NCBI GenBank assembly: GCA_947459075.1 | Contig: CANHBJ010000003.1 | Coordinates: 1 to 46,056 of the forward strand | Direction of reading: 5' to 3' | Source: Bacteroidota bacterium | GTDB lineage: Bacteria; Bacteroidota; Bacteroidia; UKL13-3 | Length of the DNA stretch: 46,056 bases | In this document: positions 28,394-38,527 of the stretch, piece by piece | How positions within the stretch are numbered: position 1 is the stretch's first letter | Layout: the number at the start of each line of letters is the position of its first letter | Notes under the pieces: model-generated | What the model saw: the letters and a program-made list of their open reading frames with translations, nothing else | Told to the model about the DNA's origin: nothing | The model's database searches: none | Translations under genes and position numbers: made by a program

Positions 28394-29182
28394 TTATCCT
28401 TTAAAATTTGCAGTCCGTTTTTCTAAAAATGCTTGTGTTCCTTCCTTAAAATCTTCGGTACCAAAGAAGTTACCAAACTCGTTTATCTCAACATTATTGC
28501 CATCCATTTTTTTATCGTAATGTGCATTAACACAACGAATAACAGATGCAATAGCCAAGGGGGCTTTAGTTTTCACTTTATTTAAAATTTCTTCGCATTT
28601 AGCCATCAATTGGTCTTGCGGAACTACATGGTTTACCAATCCAATTCTATATGCTTCTGTTGCATTTATAACATCTCCAGTAACCAATAATTCTATAGCA
28701 CGGCCACGTCCAATCAATTGAGCCAAACGTTGGGTACCTGCATAACCCGGTACTAAACCTAAGTTAACTTCCGGCTGACCAAATTTGGAGTTTTCGGCTG
28801 CTACTCTTAAATGGCAAGCCATAGCTAATTCGCAACCACCTCCTAATGCAAAACCATTAACAGCTGCAACCACAGGCTTTGGGCATTTTTCAATAGCGTT
28901 TAAAACACCATGCCCGTCTGCACTCATGCGTGTGCCTTCTTCTACATTAAAGTTGGCAAATTCTGCAATATCCGCACCTGCAGCAAACGCTTTTGCACCT
29001 GCGCCTGTAAGTATCACACCTTGTACTTCTTTGTTCTCGTAAATAGCTAAAACCGCTTCTTTAATATCTTTTAGTGTTTGAATATTTAACGCGTTTAGTT
29101 TGGTTTCGCGGTTAATGGTTATGTATAAAATTCCGTTTTCTATACGAGTTGTTATGTTCTCACTCATTGCTATTGTTGTCAT
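28394..29182 (-). CDS. Enoyl-CoA hydratase/crotonase
   Basis: AFAAGADI, AVNGFALGGGCELA, GQPEVNLG, GTQRL. Confidence 0.93.
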   Translation of the reverse strand: MTTIAMSENITTRIENGILYITINRETKLNALNIQTLKDIKEAVLAIYENKEVQGVILTGAGAKAFAAGADIAEFANFNVEEGTRMSADGHGVLNAIEKCPKPVVAAVNGFALGGGCELAMACHLRVAAENSKFGQPEVNLGLVPGYAGTQRLAQLIGRGRAIELLVTGDVINATEAYRIGLVNHVVPQDQLMAKCEEILNKVKTKAPLAIASVIRCVNAHYDKKMDGNNVEINEFGNFFGTEDFKEGTQAFLEKRTANFKG

Positions 29183-29201
29183 TAGTTATAAGTAACAAAT
29201 A

Positions 29202-29609
29202 TTAAAACTGTCTGTTTTGGGTAACCCAAGTTTTTATGTAATCAGAAATTTCATTGGTATGGGCACCCGGTGCAAATAATTTACCAACTCCAAGTTTCGA
29301 TAATTCAATCATGTCTTCATCGGGTATGATGCCACCACCAGTTACCAACACATCATTTAAACCTTCTTTTTTTAATAATTCCATAATGCGCGGAAAAACG
29401 GTGTTGTGCGCTCCAGATAAAATACTTACCCCTATCACATCAACATCTTCTTGCAATGCGGCTTGTACTACCATTTCAGGTGTTTGGCGAAGACCAGTGT
29501 AAATAACTTCCATGCCAGCATCGCGCAAAGCTGTGGCAATTACTTTGGCTCCTCTGTCGTGTCCATCAAGACCAACTTTGGCAACTAAAACGCGTATGGG
29601 TCTGTTCAT
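29202..29609 (-). CDS. Methylmalonyl-CoA mutase-type cobalamin-binding small subunit
   Basis: [14 protein letters not shown] (DxHxxG), [15 protein letters not shown]. Confidence 0.93.
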   Translation of the reverse strand: MNRPIRVLVAKVGLDGHDRGAKVIATALRDAGMEVIYTGLRQTPEMVVQAALQEDVDVIGVSILSGAHNTVFPRIMELLKKEGLNDVLVTGGGIIPDEDMIELSKLGVGKLFAPGAHTNEISDYIKTWVTQNRQF

Positions 29610-30173
29610 TTAATTAATATTATTAGATGTTAATTTTTTAAGCCTTATGGTATGGTTACCTTTTAATTCTTTGTTTACGTATTGCACAAATTTTACATCG
29701 TACATCTCGTAAACAAAAACCGAATCGTTGTTATTATTTAAGCGCAAAAATTTGCGTTTAAATAACTTTTTTAAATTGGTATTCTTTTGTTCGTCAATAA
29801 CAGGGTATATGTTTATTCCTTTTTTATCGGCTACATACACCATACAGTTCCAATAGTCTGGGTCTTCAGTATCTTTAGTTGATAATACATAGTAGTTGTT
29901 TTGAACCAACGAAAGCACCTGATTGCTATCCAAAGGTTTTATTTCGATTTTGCTGCTGTCTTTTATCACCACATCTGTTTTGTTGATGATATAAAAAACA
30001 GTATCTATTCCAATAGTTTTTTTGCCGGTTATGTTTGATGGCAAAACCAAATAATATACTCCTGTCATGTGGCTTGGAAACTCAAGTTGTGCCTGCCCCG
30101 GGTACCTATCAAACTTACCCATGGTGCAAGCCGATAAGGTTAAAGTACACAGAATAGCAAACGCGTTTTTCAA
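29610..30173 (-). CDS. Hypothetical lipoprotein
   Basis: TTG start, lipobox LTLSA|C; the stop abuts the next ATG. Confidence 0.7.
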   Translation of the reverse strand: MKNAFAILCTLTLSACTMGKFDRYPGQAQLEFPSHMTGVYYLVLPSNITGKKTIGIDTVFYIINKTDVVIKDSSKIEIKPLDSNQVLSLVQNNYYVLSTKDTEDPDYWNCMVYVADKKGINIYPVIDEQKNTNLKKLFKRKFLRLNNNNDSVFVYEMYDVKFVQYVNKELKGNHTIRLKKLTSNNIN

Positions 30174-30184
30174 AGCTTAGTGAA

Positions 30185-31714
30185 TTATTTTTTGATGTTG
30201 CTCAATGCATCTTGTAAGCGCTCAAGTGTTACCTCTTTGCCAAACAATTGTGCCATTTCAAAAATTGGTGGTCCGCCTGCTATACCGCTTAAGCAAACAC
30301 GTAACAACTGTAAAAATTCTTTATTGCTTACACCATTTTTAGATAATGCTTCGTTGTAATTCACTTCAAACGATGCTGCATCAAAAGCTTCGTTACCTCT
30401 AACCAGTTGAATTAAATCTTGCAACACCAATGGACTTTTATCATTCCAACGTTTGCTTATAACTGATTCATCATAATGTGTTGGTGCAACAAAAAAGTAA
30501 TTTCCAATTTCCCACAATTCTTTAATGAAGCTGATTTTTTCTTTAATCAACCCACAAACTTTTGTTATGTATTCGTCACTGTAATTTAAGTTGTGTGCCA
30601 ATACATCCTTTTTTAATGATTCGGCTAAAACCTTATCTGGTGTGTGACGAACATATTGTTGGTTAAACCACTTGGCTTTGTTTTGATCAAACTTAGCACC
30701 CGATTTACTTACACGGTCTAGTGTAAATGCTTCAACCAATTCTTCACGACTAAAAATTTCTTGAGTTGTACCAGGATTCCATCCTAAAAAGGCCAATAAG
30801 TTCATCACAGCTTCAGGTAAATACCCACTTTCGCGGTAACCGCTGCTTAATTCGCCTGTTGCTGGATCTTTCCACTCTAAAGGAAACACCGGGAAACCTA
30901 ATCTATCGCCATCACGTTTGCTTAATTTACCATTACCTTCTGGTTTTAATAACAATGGTAAGTGGGCAAATTTTGGCATCACATCTTCCCAACCTAAATA
31001 ACGGTATAACAACACGTGAAGTGGGGCAGAAGGCAACCACTCTTCACCACGAATAACGTGAGAGATGTTCATCAAATAATCATCAACCACATTAGCCAAA
31101 TGGTAAGTGGGCATACCGTCACTTTTAAATAAAACTTTATCATCCATTTGAGCCGTGTTGATGTTTACCCAACCTCTAATCTCATCATGAAACTTTACAT
31201 CTTCTTTTTTTGGTAATTTAATACGCACTACATAAGGGTTGCCTGCATCTAATCTGCGCTTCACTTCATCCTCAGGTAATGTAAGCGAGTTTTTCATTGC
31301 CATACGCGTAATGGCATCGTACTTACTATCTACGTTACTTGCTTTTAAACGCTCACGCATGGCGTCTAATTCTTCGGCAGTATCAAATGCGTAATAAGCA
31401 TAACCTGCATCAATAAGTTGCATAACGTATTGGCGGTACATGGGTTTACGCTCGCTTTGGCGGTATGGTGCATGTGGGCCATCACCAAAACCAACCCCTT
31501 CATCGGCAATAATACCAACCCATTTTAGGGCTTCAATTATATAATCTTCAGCACCCGGTACATAACGCGTTTGATCGGTGTCTTCAATACGAATTAAAAA
31601 ATCGCCACCATGTTTTTTGGCAAACAAATAATTATACAAGGCAGTGCGAACACCACCAATATGTAACGCACCAGTTGGGCTGGGCGCAAAACGAACTCTA
31701 ACTCTTCTATCCAT
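30185..31714 (-). CDS. gltX: Glutamate--tRNA ligase
   Basis: RFAPSPTG, HIGG, RIEDTD, HVIRGEEW, KLSKR. Start moved to the ATG at 31714. Confidence 0.98.
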   Translation of the reverse strand: MDRRVRVRFAPSPTGALHIGGVRTALYNYLFAKKHGGDFLIRIEDTDQTRYVPGAEDYIIEALKWVGIIADEGVGFGDGPHAPYRQSERKPMYRQYVMQLIDAGYAYYAFDTAEELDAMRERLKASNVDSKYDAITRMAMKNSLTLPEDEVKRRLDAGNPYVVRIKLPKKEDVKFHDEIRGWVNINTAQMDDKVLFKSDGMPTYHLANVVDDYLMNISHVIRGEEWLPSAPLHVLLYRYLGWEDVMPKFAHLPLLLKPEGNGKLSKRDGDRLGFPVFPLEWKDPATGELSSGYRESGYLPEAVMNLLAFLGWNPGTTQEIFSREELVEAFTLDRVSKSGAKFDQNKAKWFNQQYVRHTPDKVLAESLKKDVLAHNLNYSDEYITKVCGLIKEKISFIKELWEIGNYFFVAPTHYDESVISKRWNDKSPLVLQDLIQLVRGNEAFDAASFEVNYNEALSKNGVSNKEFLQLLRVCLSGIAGGPPIFEMAQLFGKEVTLERLQDALSNIKK

Positions 31715-31726
31715 AATTGACGGTAG

Positions 31727-31734
31727 CAAAGATA
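31727..31734 (-). promoter_or_regulatory. -7 promoter box of gltX
   Basis: The minus strand reads TATCTTTG, just upstream of the ATG at 31714. Confidence 0.65.
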
Positions 31735-31879
31735 GAAATAATATGCAATTGAGGTAATGATTGTGATACTGATAATCAATGGTCCAAAATTAAATCAACG
31801 TTCTTGAGTTATTGCATGACAAAGTTTTCATAATATTCAGAAAATCAAGGTTTAAGATTGGTTTTGTCGCGTGTCAATA

Positions 31880-32584
31880 TTAAATAGATGAATTATCGGC
31901 AAAGCTATAATAATTGTTATCGGCAATAATGATGTGATCCATTACATGCACATCAATTAATTTCCCTGAATCTACTAGTCTTTTAGTTAATCGTTTATCT
32001 TCTTCGCTTGGGTTTAAACTTCCCGAAGGATGATTATGGCAAAGCAAAATATTTGATGCAAGCAAATCAACTGCGTGTTTAAAAATAACTTTAGGATCCG
32101 CTACCGTTCCCGAAATACCACCTTCACTGATGCGTTTTACTTCTATTAATCGGTTACTTCTATTGAGGTAGGCTACCCAAAACTCTTCAATGGGAGTATC
32201 AGCTAAAATGGGGTGAAAATAGGCGAATGCCTGTGCACTCGATTTGATAAAAATGTGGTCTGATTTGGCTTCGGCAAGGTTTCTTCTTCGGCCTAACTCC
32301 ATAGCGGTAGCAATGGTTATGGCTTTTGCCACACCAATACCTTTTACTTTTTGCAGGTCTTTAAATTTAAGTTTACCCAACTCAACCAAGTTGTTATTGG
32401 TAAGTGCTAAAATACGTTTGGCTAAATCAACAGCACTTTCATCTCGTGTTCCGGTTGAAATGAGTATGGCCAGTAACTCAGCGTCTGATAAGGCATTGAA
32501 TCCTTTGGTCATCACTTTCTCACGCGGCCTGTCATCTTCGGCCCATTGCTTAATGGTAGTAAATCGTGTTGTTTCCTCGCTCAT
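31880..32584 (-). CDS. radC: RadC family JAB-domain protein
   Basis: DRPREK, LSDAELLAIL, HhH KGIGVAKA, HNHPSG...SEED...DHII. Confidence 0.96.
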   Translation of the reverse strand: MSEETTRFTTIKQWAEDDRPREKVMTKGFNALSDAELLAILISTGTRDESAVDLAKRILALTNNNLVELGKLKFKDLQKVKGIGVAKAITIATAMELGRRRNLAEAKSDHIFIKSSAQAFAYFHPILADTPIEEFWVAYLNRSNRLIEVKRISEGGISGTVADPKVIFKHAVDLLASNILLCHNHPSGSLNPSEEDKRLTKRLVDSGKLIDVHVMDHIIIADNNYYSFADNSSI

Positions 32585-32614
32585 GGTAAATGGTTTTTGG
32601 TTGCACCAAAATAT

Positions 32615-32655
32615 AAAACCTCATCGACTTTTACATCAATGAGGTTTCATTTTTT
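32615..32655. terminator. Putative terminator after metG
   Basis: aaacctcatcga...tcaatgaggttt stem. Confidence 0.55.
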
Positions 32656-32670
32656 ATTTGGATTGAAATA

Positions 32671-34785
32671 TTATTTAACTGCGCTTCCCGGTTCAATATC
32701 TTTTTCTGGGCCTACGCTGTATAGTTTACCAAAATCGTTTCCGGCCATCAATAACATACCTTGGCTTTCAATTCCACGTATTTTACGTGGAGCTAAATTA
32801 GCTACAACCGTTACCAATTTGCCTACTAATTCTTCAGGTTGATAATACTCTGCAATACCACTTAAAATGGTGCGTTGCTCAAACCCTAAATCAACGGTAA
32901 GTTTTAATAATTTATCGGCTTTAGGCACACGTTCGGCTGTTAAAACTTTACCTACACGTAAATCAATTTTATCAAAATCATCATAAACAATATCGGCCTT
33001 TACCGGCTGTAGTTGGTTGGTTTCGCTGTTTTCTGATGTTAATGCCGCTTGTTTTTGCGAGTTTTCATTTTCTGTTTTAATACGTTGCAAACGGTCTAAT
33101 TGAATTTGAATTTCTGCATCTTCAACCTGCTTATATAAAATTTCAGGTTTGCCCAATTGATGTCCGCTTTCTAATAAGAACTCGTTAAACAAATTGCTCC
33201 AATGTAATTGTGGTGCGTTTAACATGGCCTTTAGTGTAGTAGTTGTATGTGGCAAAAATGGTTCTGCAGCAATAGCCAACTTCGCACAAATTTGTAAAGC
33301 ATCAAACATAATAGCCTTTACACTTTCTTCATCTGTTTTTATTAATTTCCAAGGCTCGGTATCTGCTAAGTATTTATTGCCTGCACGTGCTGTATTTATA
33401 AATTCTGCTTGTGCATCACGTAGTTTTACAGCATCTAAATTTTCGCGCATTTGGTGTAAGCTTTGTGCAATAACATCAAAACAAAGTGTGCGTGCTGCTA
33501 TTAATTTTTCATCTGTTAATGGTTGATTAACGCTTGGTATTATACCTTGGTAATATTTATCACTTAATACCAATACACGGTTTACAAAGTTTCCGAAAAT
33601 GCTTACCAACTCGCTGTTTACACGTGTTTGATAATCTTTCCAAGTAAACTCACTGTCTTTTGTCTCTGGAGCAATACTGGTTAATACATAACGCAATTCA
33701 TCTTGTCTGTTCGGGAAATCAACTAAATACTCATGCAACCAAACAGCCCAATTGCGTGAAGTAGAAATTTTATCGCCTTCTAAATTTAAAAACTCGTTTG
33801 CCGGAACATTGGTTGGTAAAATATAATTACCATGTGTCATCAACATCATCGGGAAAATAATGGCGTGAAATACAATATTATCTTTTCCAATAAAATGAAT
33901 TAATGCAGTGTCTTCGTTCTGCCACCAATCTTCGAATTTCGAATTTTCAATTTCGTTTTTAGCTAAGTATTCTTTAGTAGCACTGATGTAACCTATTGGT
34001 GCATCAAACCAAACATACAATACTTTACCATCGGCACCATCAATAGGAACAGGCACACCCCAATCTAAATCGCGGGTCATGGCGCGTGGTTGTAAACCTT
34101 CATTTAGCCAACTTTGGCATTGACCTTTAATGTTGCTTTTCCAACCATCAAAACGTTTAATGTAATTTTGAAACTGTTCGCTTTGTTGGATATCACCCAT
34201 GGGTAAAAACCAATTTTTTGTTTCTTTTAAAATAGGTGTTGCACCACTTAATGCTGATTTTGGATTGATTAAATCAGTCGGGTTCAATGATGTTCCGCAC
34301 TTCTCGCATTGGTCGCCATACGCACTTGGATTTCCGCAGCGCGGACATGTTCCGGTAATGTATCTGTCGGCTAAAAATTGATTAGCATCTTCATCATAAT
34401 ATTGTTGTGTGGTTTCTTCTTTAAAAATGCCTTTATCGTATAGGGTTTTAAAAAATGCCTGTGCTGTTTCGTGGTGAGTTTTTGATGAAGTACGACCGTA
34501 GTAACTAAAATCAATACCAAAATCTTTGAAAGCATTTTTCATGATGCCATCATATTTATCAACTACCTCTTGTGGTGTTATACCTTCTTTTTTGGCTTTA
34601 ATGGTAATAGGTACTCCATGCTCGTCACTGCCGCAAATAAATACCACATCTTTACCTTGTGCTTTAAGATAACGAACAAAAATATCTGCAGGTAAATAAC
34701 AGCCCGCTAAGTGGCCAATATGAACAGGTCCGTTTGCATATGGCAATGCGGCTGTAACTAAATAACGTTTGGGTTCTTTAATCAT
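32671..34785 (-). CDS. metG: Methionine--tRNA ligase with C-terminal tRNA-binding domain
   Basis: [21 protein letters not shown] Zn knuckle, YVWFDA, GKDNI, KISTS, C-terminal DLRVG...NLAPRK. Confidence 0.98.
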   Translation of the reverse strand: MIKEPKRYLVTAALPYANGPVHIGHLAGCYLPADIFVRYLKAQGKDVVFICGSDEHGVPITIKAKKEGITPQEVVDKYDGIMKNAFKDFGIDFSYYGRTSSKTHHETAQAFFKTLYDKGIFKEETTQQYYDEDANQFLADRYITGTCPRCGNPSAYGDQCEKCGTSLNPTDLINPKSALSGATPILKETKNWFLPMGDIQQSEQFQNYIKRFDGWKSNIKGQCQSWLNEGLQPRAMTRDLDWGVPVPIDGADGKVLYVWFDAPIGYISATKEYLAKNEIENSKFEDWWQNEDTALIHFIGKDNIVFHAIIFPMMLMTHGNYILPTNVPANEFLNLEGDKISTSRNWAVWLHEYLVDFPNRQDELRYVLTSIAPETKDSEFTWKDYQTRVNSELVSIFGNFVNRVLVLSDKYYQGIIPSVNQPLTDEKLIAARTLCFDVIAQSLHQMRENLDAVKLRDAQAEFINTARAGNKYLADTEPWKLIKTDEESVKAIMFDALQICAKLAIAAEPFLPHTTTTLKAMLNAPQLHWSNLFNEFLLESGHQLGKPEILYKQVEDAEIQIQLDRLQRIKTENENSQKQAALTSENSETNQLQPVKADIVYDDFDKIDLRVGKVLTAERVPKADKLLKLTVDLGFEQRTILSGIAEYYQPEELVGKLVTVVANLAPRKIRGIESQGMLLMAGNDFGKLYSVGPEKDIEPGSAVK

Positions 34786-34943
34786 AAAATCGGATGCAAA
34801 TTACATCAATTTGCCCGAAGTATGAAATGTAGTATTTGACTGCAAATATGCTTGGCCAATTGTTTAAGTATTTTTTCTAATAGTATTTTATGTTGGAGTG
34901 AGTTGTTTTAAATCTAATTTGGGCTACACCAACTTTAGATTTA

Positions 34944-36161
34944 TTATTTACCAGCACAGGTTCCTGCAATAAATCCCGTGGTCCATGCTGCTTGAAAATT
35001 AAAACCACCTGTAATTCCATCTATATCTAATACTTCGCCTGCAAAATGTAATCCTTTTACTTTTTTACTTTCCATGTTTTTGAGTAGTACATCATCTAAT
35101 GAAATACCACCGCAAGTAACAAACTCATCTTTAAAGGTTGTTTTTCCTTTAACTTCATACTTGTCGTATAGAAGAACTTCAACCAAATTATTCACATCTG
35201 CTTTTGATATATCTGCCCAGTTTTTATCTGCATTAATTCCAGTTTTAGCAAACATGTAATCTTGCAAACGTTTAGTAAGTTGGTGATAGGGAAATAAGTT
35301 TCGCAAATGTTTTGTTGGGTTTGCTGCCTTTAGATTCATTAACTCATTTCTAACAGCATCTTCCTTTTTATCATTTAACCAACTTATGCTAACCGTGAAG
35401 TCGTATTGAAGTTCGGCTAAATCGCGTGCAGCATATGATGATAGTTTTAATATTGCCGGGCCACTAAAACCCCAATGAGTAATTAAAATGGGTCCACTAA
35501 ACTCATGTTTAGTTTCAATAATTTTTATTTTAGCTTGGTCTATACTGGTGCCCATTAATTCTGTAATTGAATTGTTGGGTACATTAAAAGTGAATAGGGA
35601 AGGTACGGGGTTTTCTATATTATGACCTAATGTTTTTAACCAATTAAACCCTTCCATTTTGGCTTGCCCACCCGTTGTAACTATAATTTTATCGGCATTT
35701 ACAATAGCATTGTTGGTATTTAATAAAAAGCCACCATCCATTTTGGTTTGAATAGACTTTATTTCTGTATTTAAGACAATGTTAATTTTTAACTTTTCTA
35801 CTTCATTTAGCAAGCAGTTGGCAATTGTTTCGCTATTATCCGTTGTCGGAAACATACGTCCATCAGATTCTGTTTTTAATTTAACACCGCGTTGGTTAAA
35901 CCATGCTACAGTATCTTTGGTGCTAAATTTAGTAAACGCACTTTTAAGTGGCCTTTCGCCTCTAGGATAATTAGTTGTGAGTCTGTTATTTTCGAAACAG
36001 GCATGCGTTACATTACATCTTCCCCCGCCCGAAACAAGCACTTTTGTAAGCAACTTTCCGGTTTTCTCGTAAATAGTAACTTCGTTTGTTTTATTTGCTG
36101 TAGCCGCATGTATGGCTGCAAAAAAGCCTGCTGCTCCTCCTCCTATTACTGCTATTTTCAC
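34944..36161 (-). CDS. HI0933/BaiN/YhiN family flavoprotein
   Basis: GGGAAG, SGGGRCNVT, GRMFP, ITHWGFSGP, VTCGG, GEVLDIDGITGGFNFQAAW. Confidence 0.93.
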   Translation of the reverse strand: MKIAVIGGGAAGFFAAIHAATANKTNEVTIYEKTGKLLTKVLVSGGGRCNVTHACFENNRLTTNYPRGERPLKSAFTKFSTKDTVAWFNQRGVKLKTESDGRMFPTTDNSETIANCLLNEVEKLKINIVLNTEIKSIQTKMDGGFLLNTNNAIVNADKIIVTTGGQAKMEGFNWLKTLGHNIENPVPSLFTFNVPNNSITELMGTSIDQAKIKIIETKHEFSGPILITHWGFSGPAILKLSSYAARDLAELQYDFTVSISWLNDKKEDAVRNELMNLKAANPTKHLRNLFPYHQLTKRLQDYMFAKTGINADKNWADISKADVNNLVEVLLYDKYEVKGKTTFKDEFVTCGGISLDDVLLKNMESKKVKGLHFAGEVLDIDGITGGFNFQAAWTTGFIAGTCAGK

Positions 36162-36166
36162 GATTG

Positions 36167-36174
36167 CAAATGTA
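36167..36174 (-). promoter_or_regulatory. -7 promoter box of the HI0933-family gene
   Basis: The minus strand reads TACATTTG, with 5 nt between it and the GTG start. Confidence 0.6.
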
Positions 36175-36375
36175 TAGTTTTATTTAAAACCTTAAAAGCT
36201 AAAGTTTTAATCTAACTATTTCTTATATCCTCATGATATATTAATATAGTAATTACTGAGGTAAATCAATAGTTGTTAATAGATTTGTAAGTGTCCTTGG
36301 GGTAATGCTATTGCAGGACCTAACTCAAATTTATCAATAAATTTTATAGGGCTTTATCATTCAAAAAATTAAAAG

Positions 36376-36409
36376 AAAAGCCGCATTTGATTTGTTAAAT
36401 GCGGCTTTT
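36376..36409 (-). terminator. Terminator after rsfS
   Basis: aaaagccgcatttga-tttg-ttaaatgcggctttt. Confidence 0.8.
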
Positions 36410-36428
36410 GATTGCTGTAAGATTTATG

Positions 36429-37016
36429 TTATTTTCCTTTAAACTTCACTTCTTTGGCATCACCCCAAAGTTCTTCAATGGCATAAAAATCTCTTTTATC
36501 GCGCTGAAATACATGGGCTACTACATCAATATAATCCAATAATACCCATTCTAAATTTTCAAATCCTTCGCGATGCCATGGTTTTTCGTTAAGTACCTTA
36601 ACCGTTTCTTCTTCTGCGCTATTAGCAATTGCCTCTACTTGTTTGTCACTTTCAGCATGGCTAACAACAAAAAAATCAGAACTGGCTCCACGCACTTCAC
36701 GCATATCTAGGATACGAATGTGCTCTGCTTTTTTCTCATACATACCTTGTGCTACACACATAGCTAAAACCAATGCTTGGTCTGCTGTTGTGGCTTTGCT
36801 GCTTCGCTCCGGCCGTATCCCTTTTGGTTTAGTAGTAATTCCTTTTTTAACAGCAGGTTTTTTCTCTTTGCTTAGTTTTTTAATTTCTTTATCAAGCTCC
36901 TGCGCTTCTTTTGCTGCTTTACTTAATTTTTTAGGTGTTGCTTTTTTAGCTCCTTTTGCAGCGGTTTTACCAGCGGTTTTTTTCGCTGCAGTTTTTTTTG
37001 CTGGTGTTTTTGCCAT
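36429..37016 (-). CDS. rsfS: Ribosome silencing factor with Lys/Ala-rich N-terminal extension
   Basis: EKKAEHIRILDMR, DFFVV, QVEAIA, WVLLDYIDVVAHVF, RDFYAIEELWGDA. Confidence 0.95.
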   Translation of the reverse strand: MAKTPAKKTAAKKTAGKTAAKGAKKATPKKLSKAAKEAQELDKEIKKLSKEKKPAVKKGITTKPKGIRPERSSKATTADQALVLAMCVAQGMYEKKAEHIRILDMREVRGASSDFFVVSHAESDKQVEAIANSAEEETVKVLNEKPWHREGFENLEWVLLDYIDVVAHVFQRDKRDFYAIEELWGDAKEVKFKGK

Positions 37017-37025
37017 TACTCTTAA

Positions 37026-37044
37026 TAACTTTGATGCAAAAGTA
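37026..37044. promoter_or_regulatory. Two opposed -7 boxes for birA (+) and rsfS (-)
   Basis: TAACTTTG on + at 37026-37033 and TACTTTTG on - at 37037-37044. Confidence 0.6.
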
Positions 37045-37052
37045 ATCTTTTA

Positions 37053-37802
37053 ATGGATATAAACTCATTAACCCAATCACTACAATTTAAAATCGTATAT
37101 TTAGATGTTGTAACATCTACCAATTCGCTTGCTCGCGAAAGTTTAAATGCTTCCAAAGCAGTGGAAGGTTCGGTTATTTTTGCAAGCGAGCAAACCCAAG
37201 GACGAGGTCAATTAAATTCTGTTTGGGAGAGCAATTATGGTAAAAATGTGTTATGTTCAATAATTTTAACCCCTGTTTTTTTAACCCCTATTCAACAAAC
37301 TTATTTAAGCATGGCTGTTTGTTTGGCTATGTTAGATACAATTACAATGTTTATTCCAGGTGCAAGTGTTAAGTGGCCCAATGATATTTACATAAATAAA
37401 AAAAAGGTGGCTGGATTGCTTTTAGAAAATGCCATACAAGGGAATCACATTAAGCACAGTATAGTGGGGGTTGGCATAAATGTTAACCAAATAGACTTTA
37501 ACGTCAAATTTGCTACATCTTTGTGCATCGAGACTAAACAAGTAATGGTGGTTGATGATGTTTTACAGCTACTTCTCAAACACATCAACCAGAGATATGG
37601 TATGCTTAAGCTTAATCAGTGGGATATGATTAATAAAGAATATCATAAACACTTGTTGGGGTTGAACGAAGAATGTAAATTTATAACCGAAACGGAAGAG
37701 TTTGTTGGTGTGATAATGGGGGTTGATGTGCACGGCCAACTTATGGTTAAAAAAGGTGATTCAATAAAAAACTATCGTGTTAAAGAAATAAGTATGTTAT
37801 GA
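37053..37802 (+). CDS. birA: Biotin--protein ligase (no HTH domain)
   Basis: STN, QTQGRGQ, KWPNDI, KKVAGLLLE, GVGINV. Confidence 0.95.
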   Translation: MDINSLTQSLQFKIVYLDVVTSTNSLARESLNASKAVEGSVIFASEQTQGRGQLNSVWESNYGKNVLCSIILTPVFLTPIQQTYLSMAVCLAMLDTITMFIPGASVKWPNDIYINKKKVAGLLLENAIQGNHIKHSIVGVGINVNQIDFNVKFATSLCIETKQVMVVDDVLQLLLKHINQRYGMLKLNQWDMINKEYHKHLLGLNEECKFITETEEFVGVIMGVDVHGQLMVKKGDSIKNYRVKEISML

Positions 37803-38527
37803 TAACACTTGCAATAGATATTGGTAATACAAGAACCAAAGCCGCAGTTTTTAATCAAAATGAGTTGATGGTGGAAGAATACATTTATCATCCCGATGAC
37901 TTACACCTGTTCATACAAACTCAACAACCCAAGCATGCCGTGATGTGTGCTGTTGGCGATGGTGCAGATTTGCTGGCACAGGTCATATTAAATCATCAAA
38001 TTCCATTACTTAGGGTAACATACAAAACTGAATTTCCGTTTGTGGTTCAATATAAAACACCTCAAACTTTAGGCATGGATCGCATTTCAGGTATTGCAGC
38101 CGCACAATTTTTATTTCCCCATAAAAATTGTTTGGTAATTGATGCAGGTACTTGTATTACCTACGATTTCTTGTCAAAAGATCATCTATATTCTGGTGGA
38201 TCCATTTCGCCAGGCTTGCAAATGCGTTTAAGGGCCATGCATGAATTTACTATTAAGTTGCCGTATCCCGAATTAATTTGGCCTGATAATTTTGAAGGAC
38301 AATCAACAAATGATGCACTATTAAGTGGAGTTTGTTTTGGAGTGGCTGATGAAATAAATGGGAAAATAGAACGTTATACCCAACGATATGGCACTTTGCA
38401 GGTATTATTATGTGGTGGTAATACTGCAATGTTGGCTAAACACATAAAAAACAACATATTTGCAGTTCCCTCTTTAGTTTTAGTGGGGTTAAATCAAATC
38501 TTATTATTCCATGTTAACAAAGGCTAA
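37799..38527 (+). CDS. coaX: Type III pantothenate kinase
   Basis: AIDIGNTRTK, TPQTLGMDR, IDAGTCITYD, GGSISPG. Confidence 0.96.
   Translation: MITLAIDIGNTRTKAAVFNQNELMVEEYIYHPDDLHLFIQTQQPKHAVMCAVGDGADLLAQVILNHQIPLLRVTYKTEFPFVVQYKTPQTLGMDRISGIAAAQFLFPHKNCLVIDAGTCITYDFLSKDHLYSGGSISPGLQMRLRAMHEFTIKLPYPELIWPDNFEGQSTNDALLSGVCFGVADEINGKIERYTQRYGTLQVLLCGGNTAMLAKHIKNNIFAVPSLVLVGLNQILLFHVNKG

Noticed and set aside
31880-32584. radC as a marker of a mobile element
   Set aside because: It is the full-length chromosomal type, between gltX and metG, with no mobility genes nearby.
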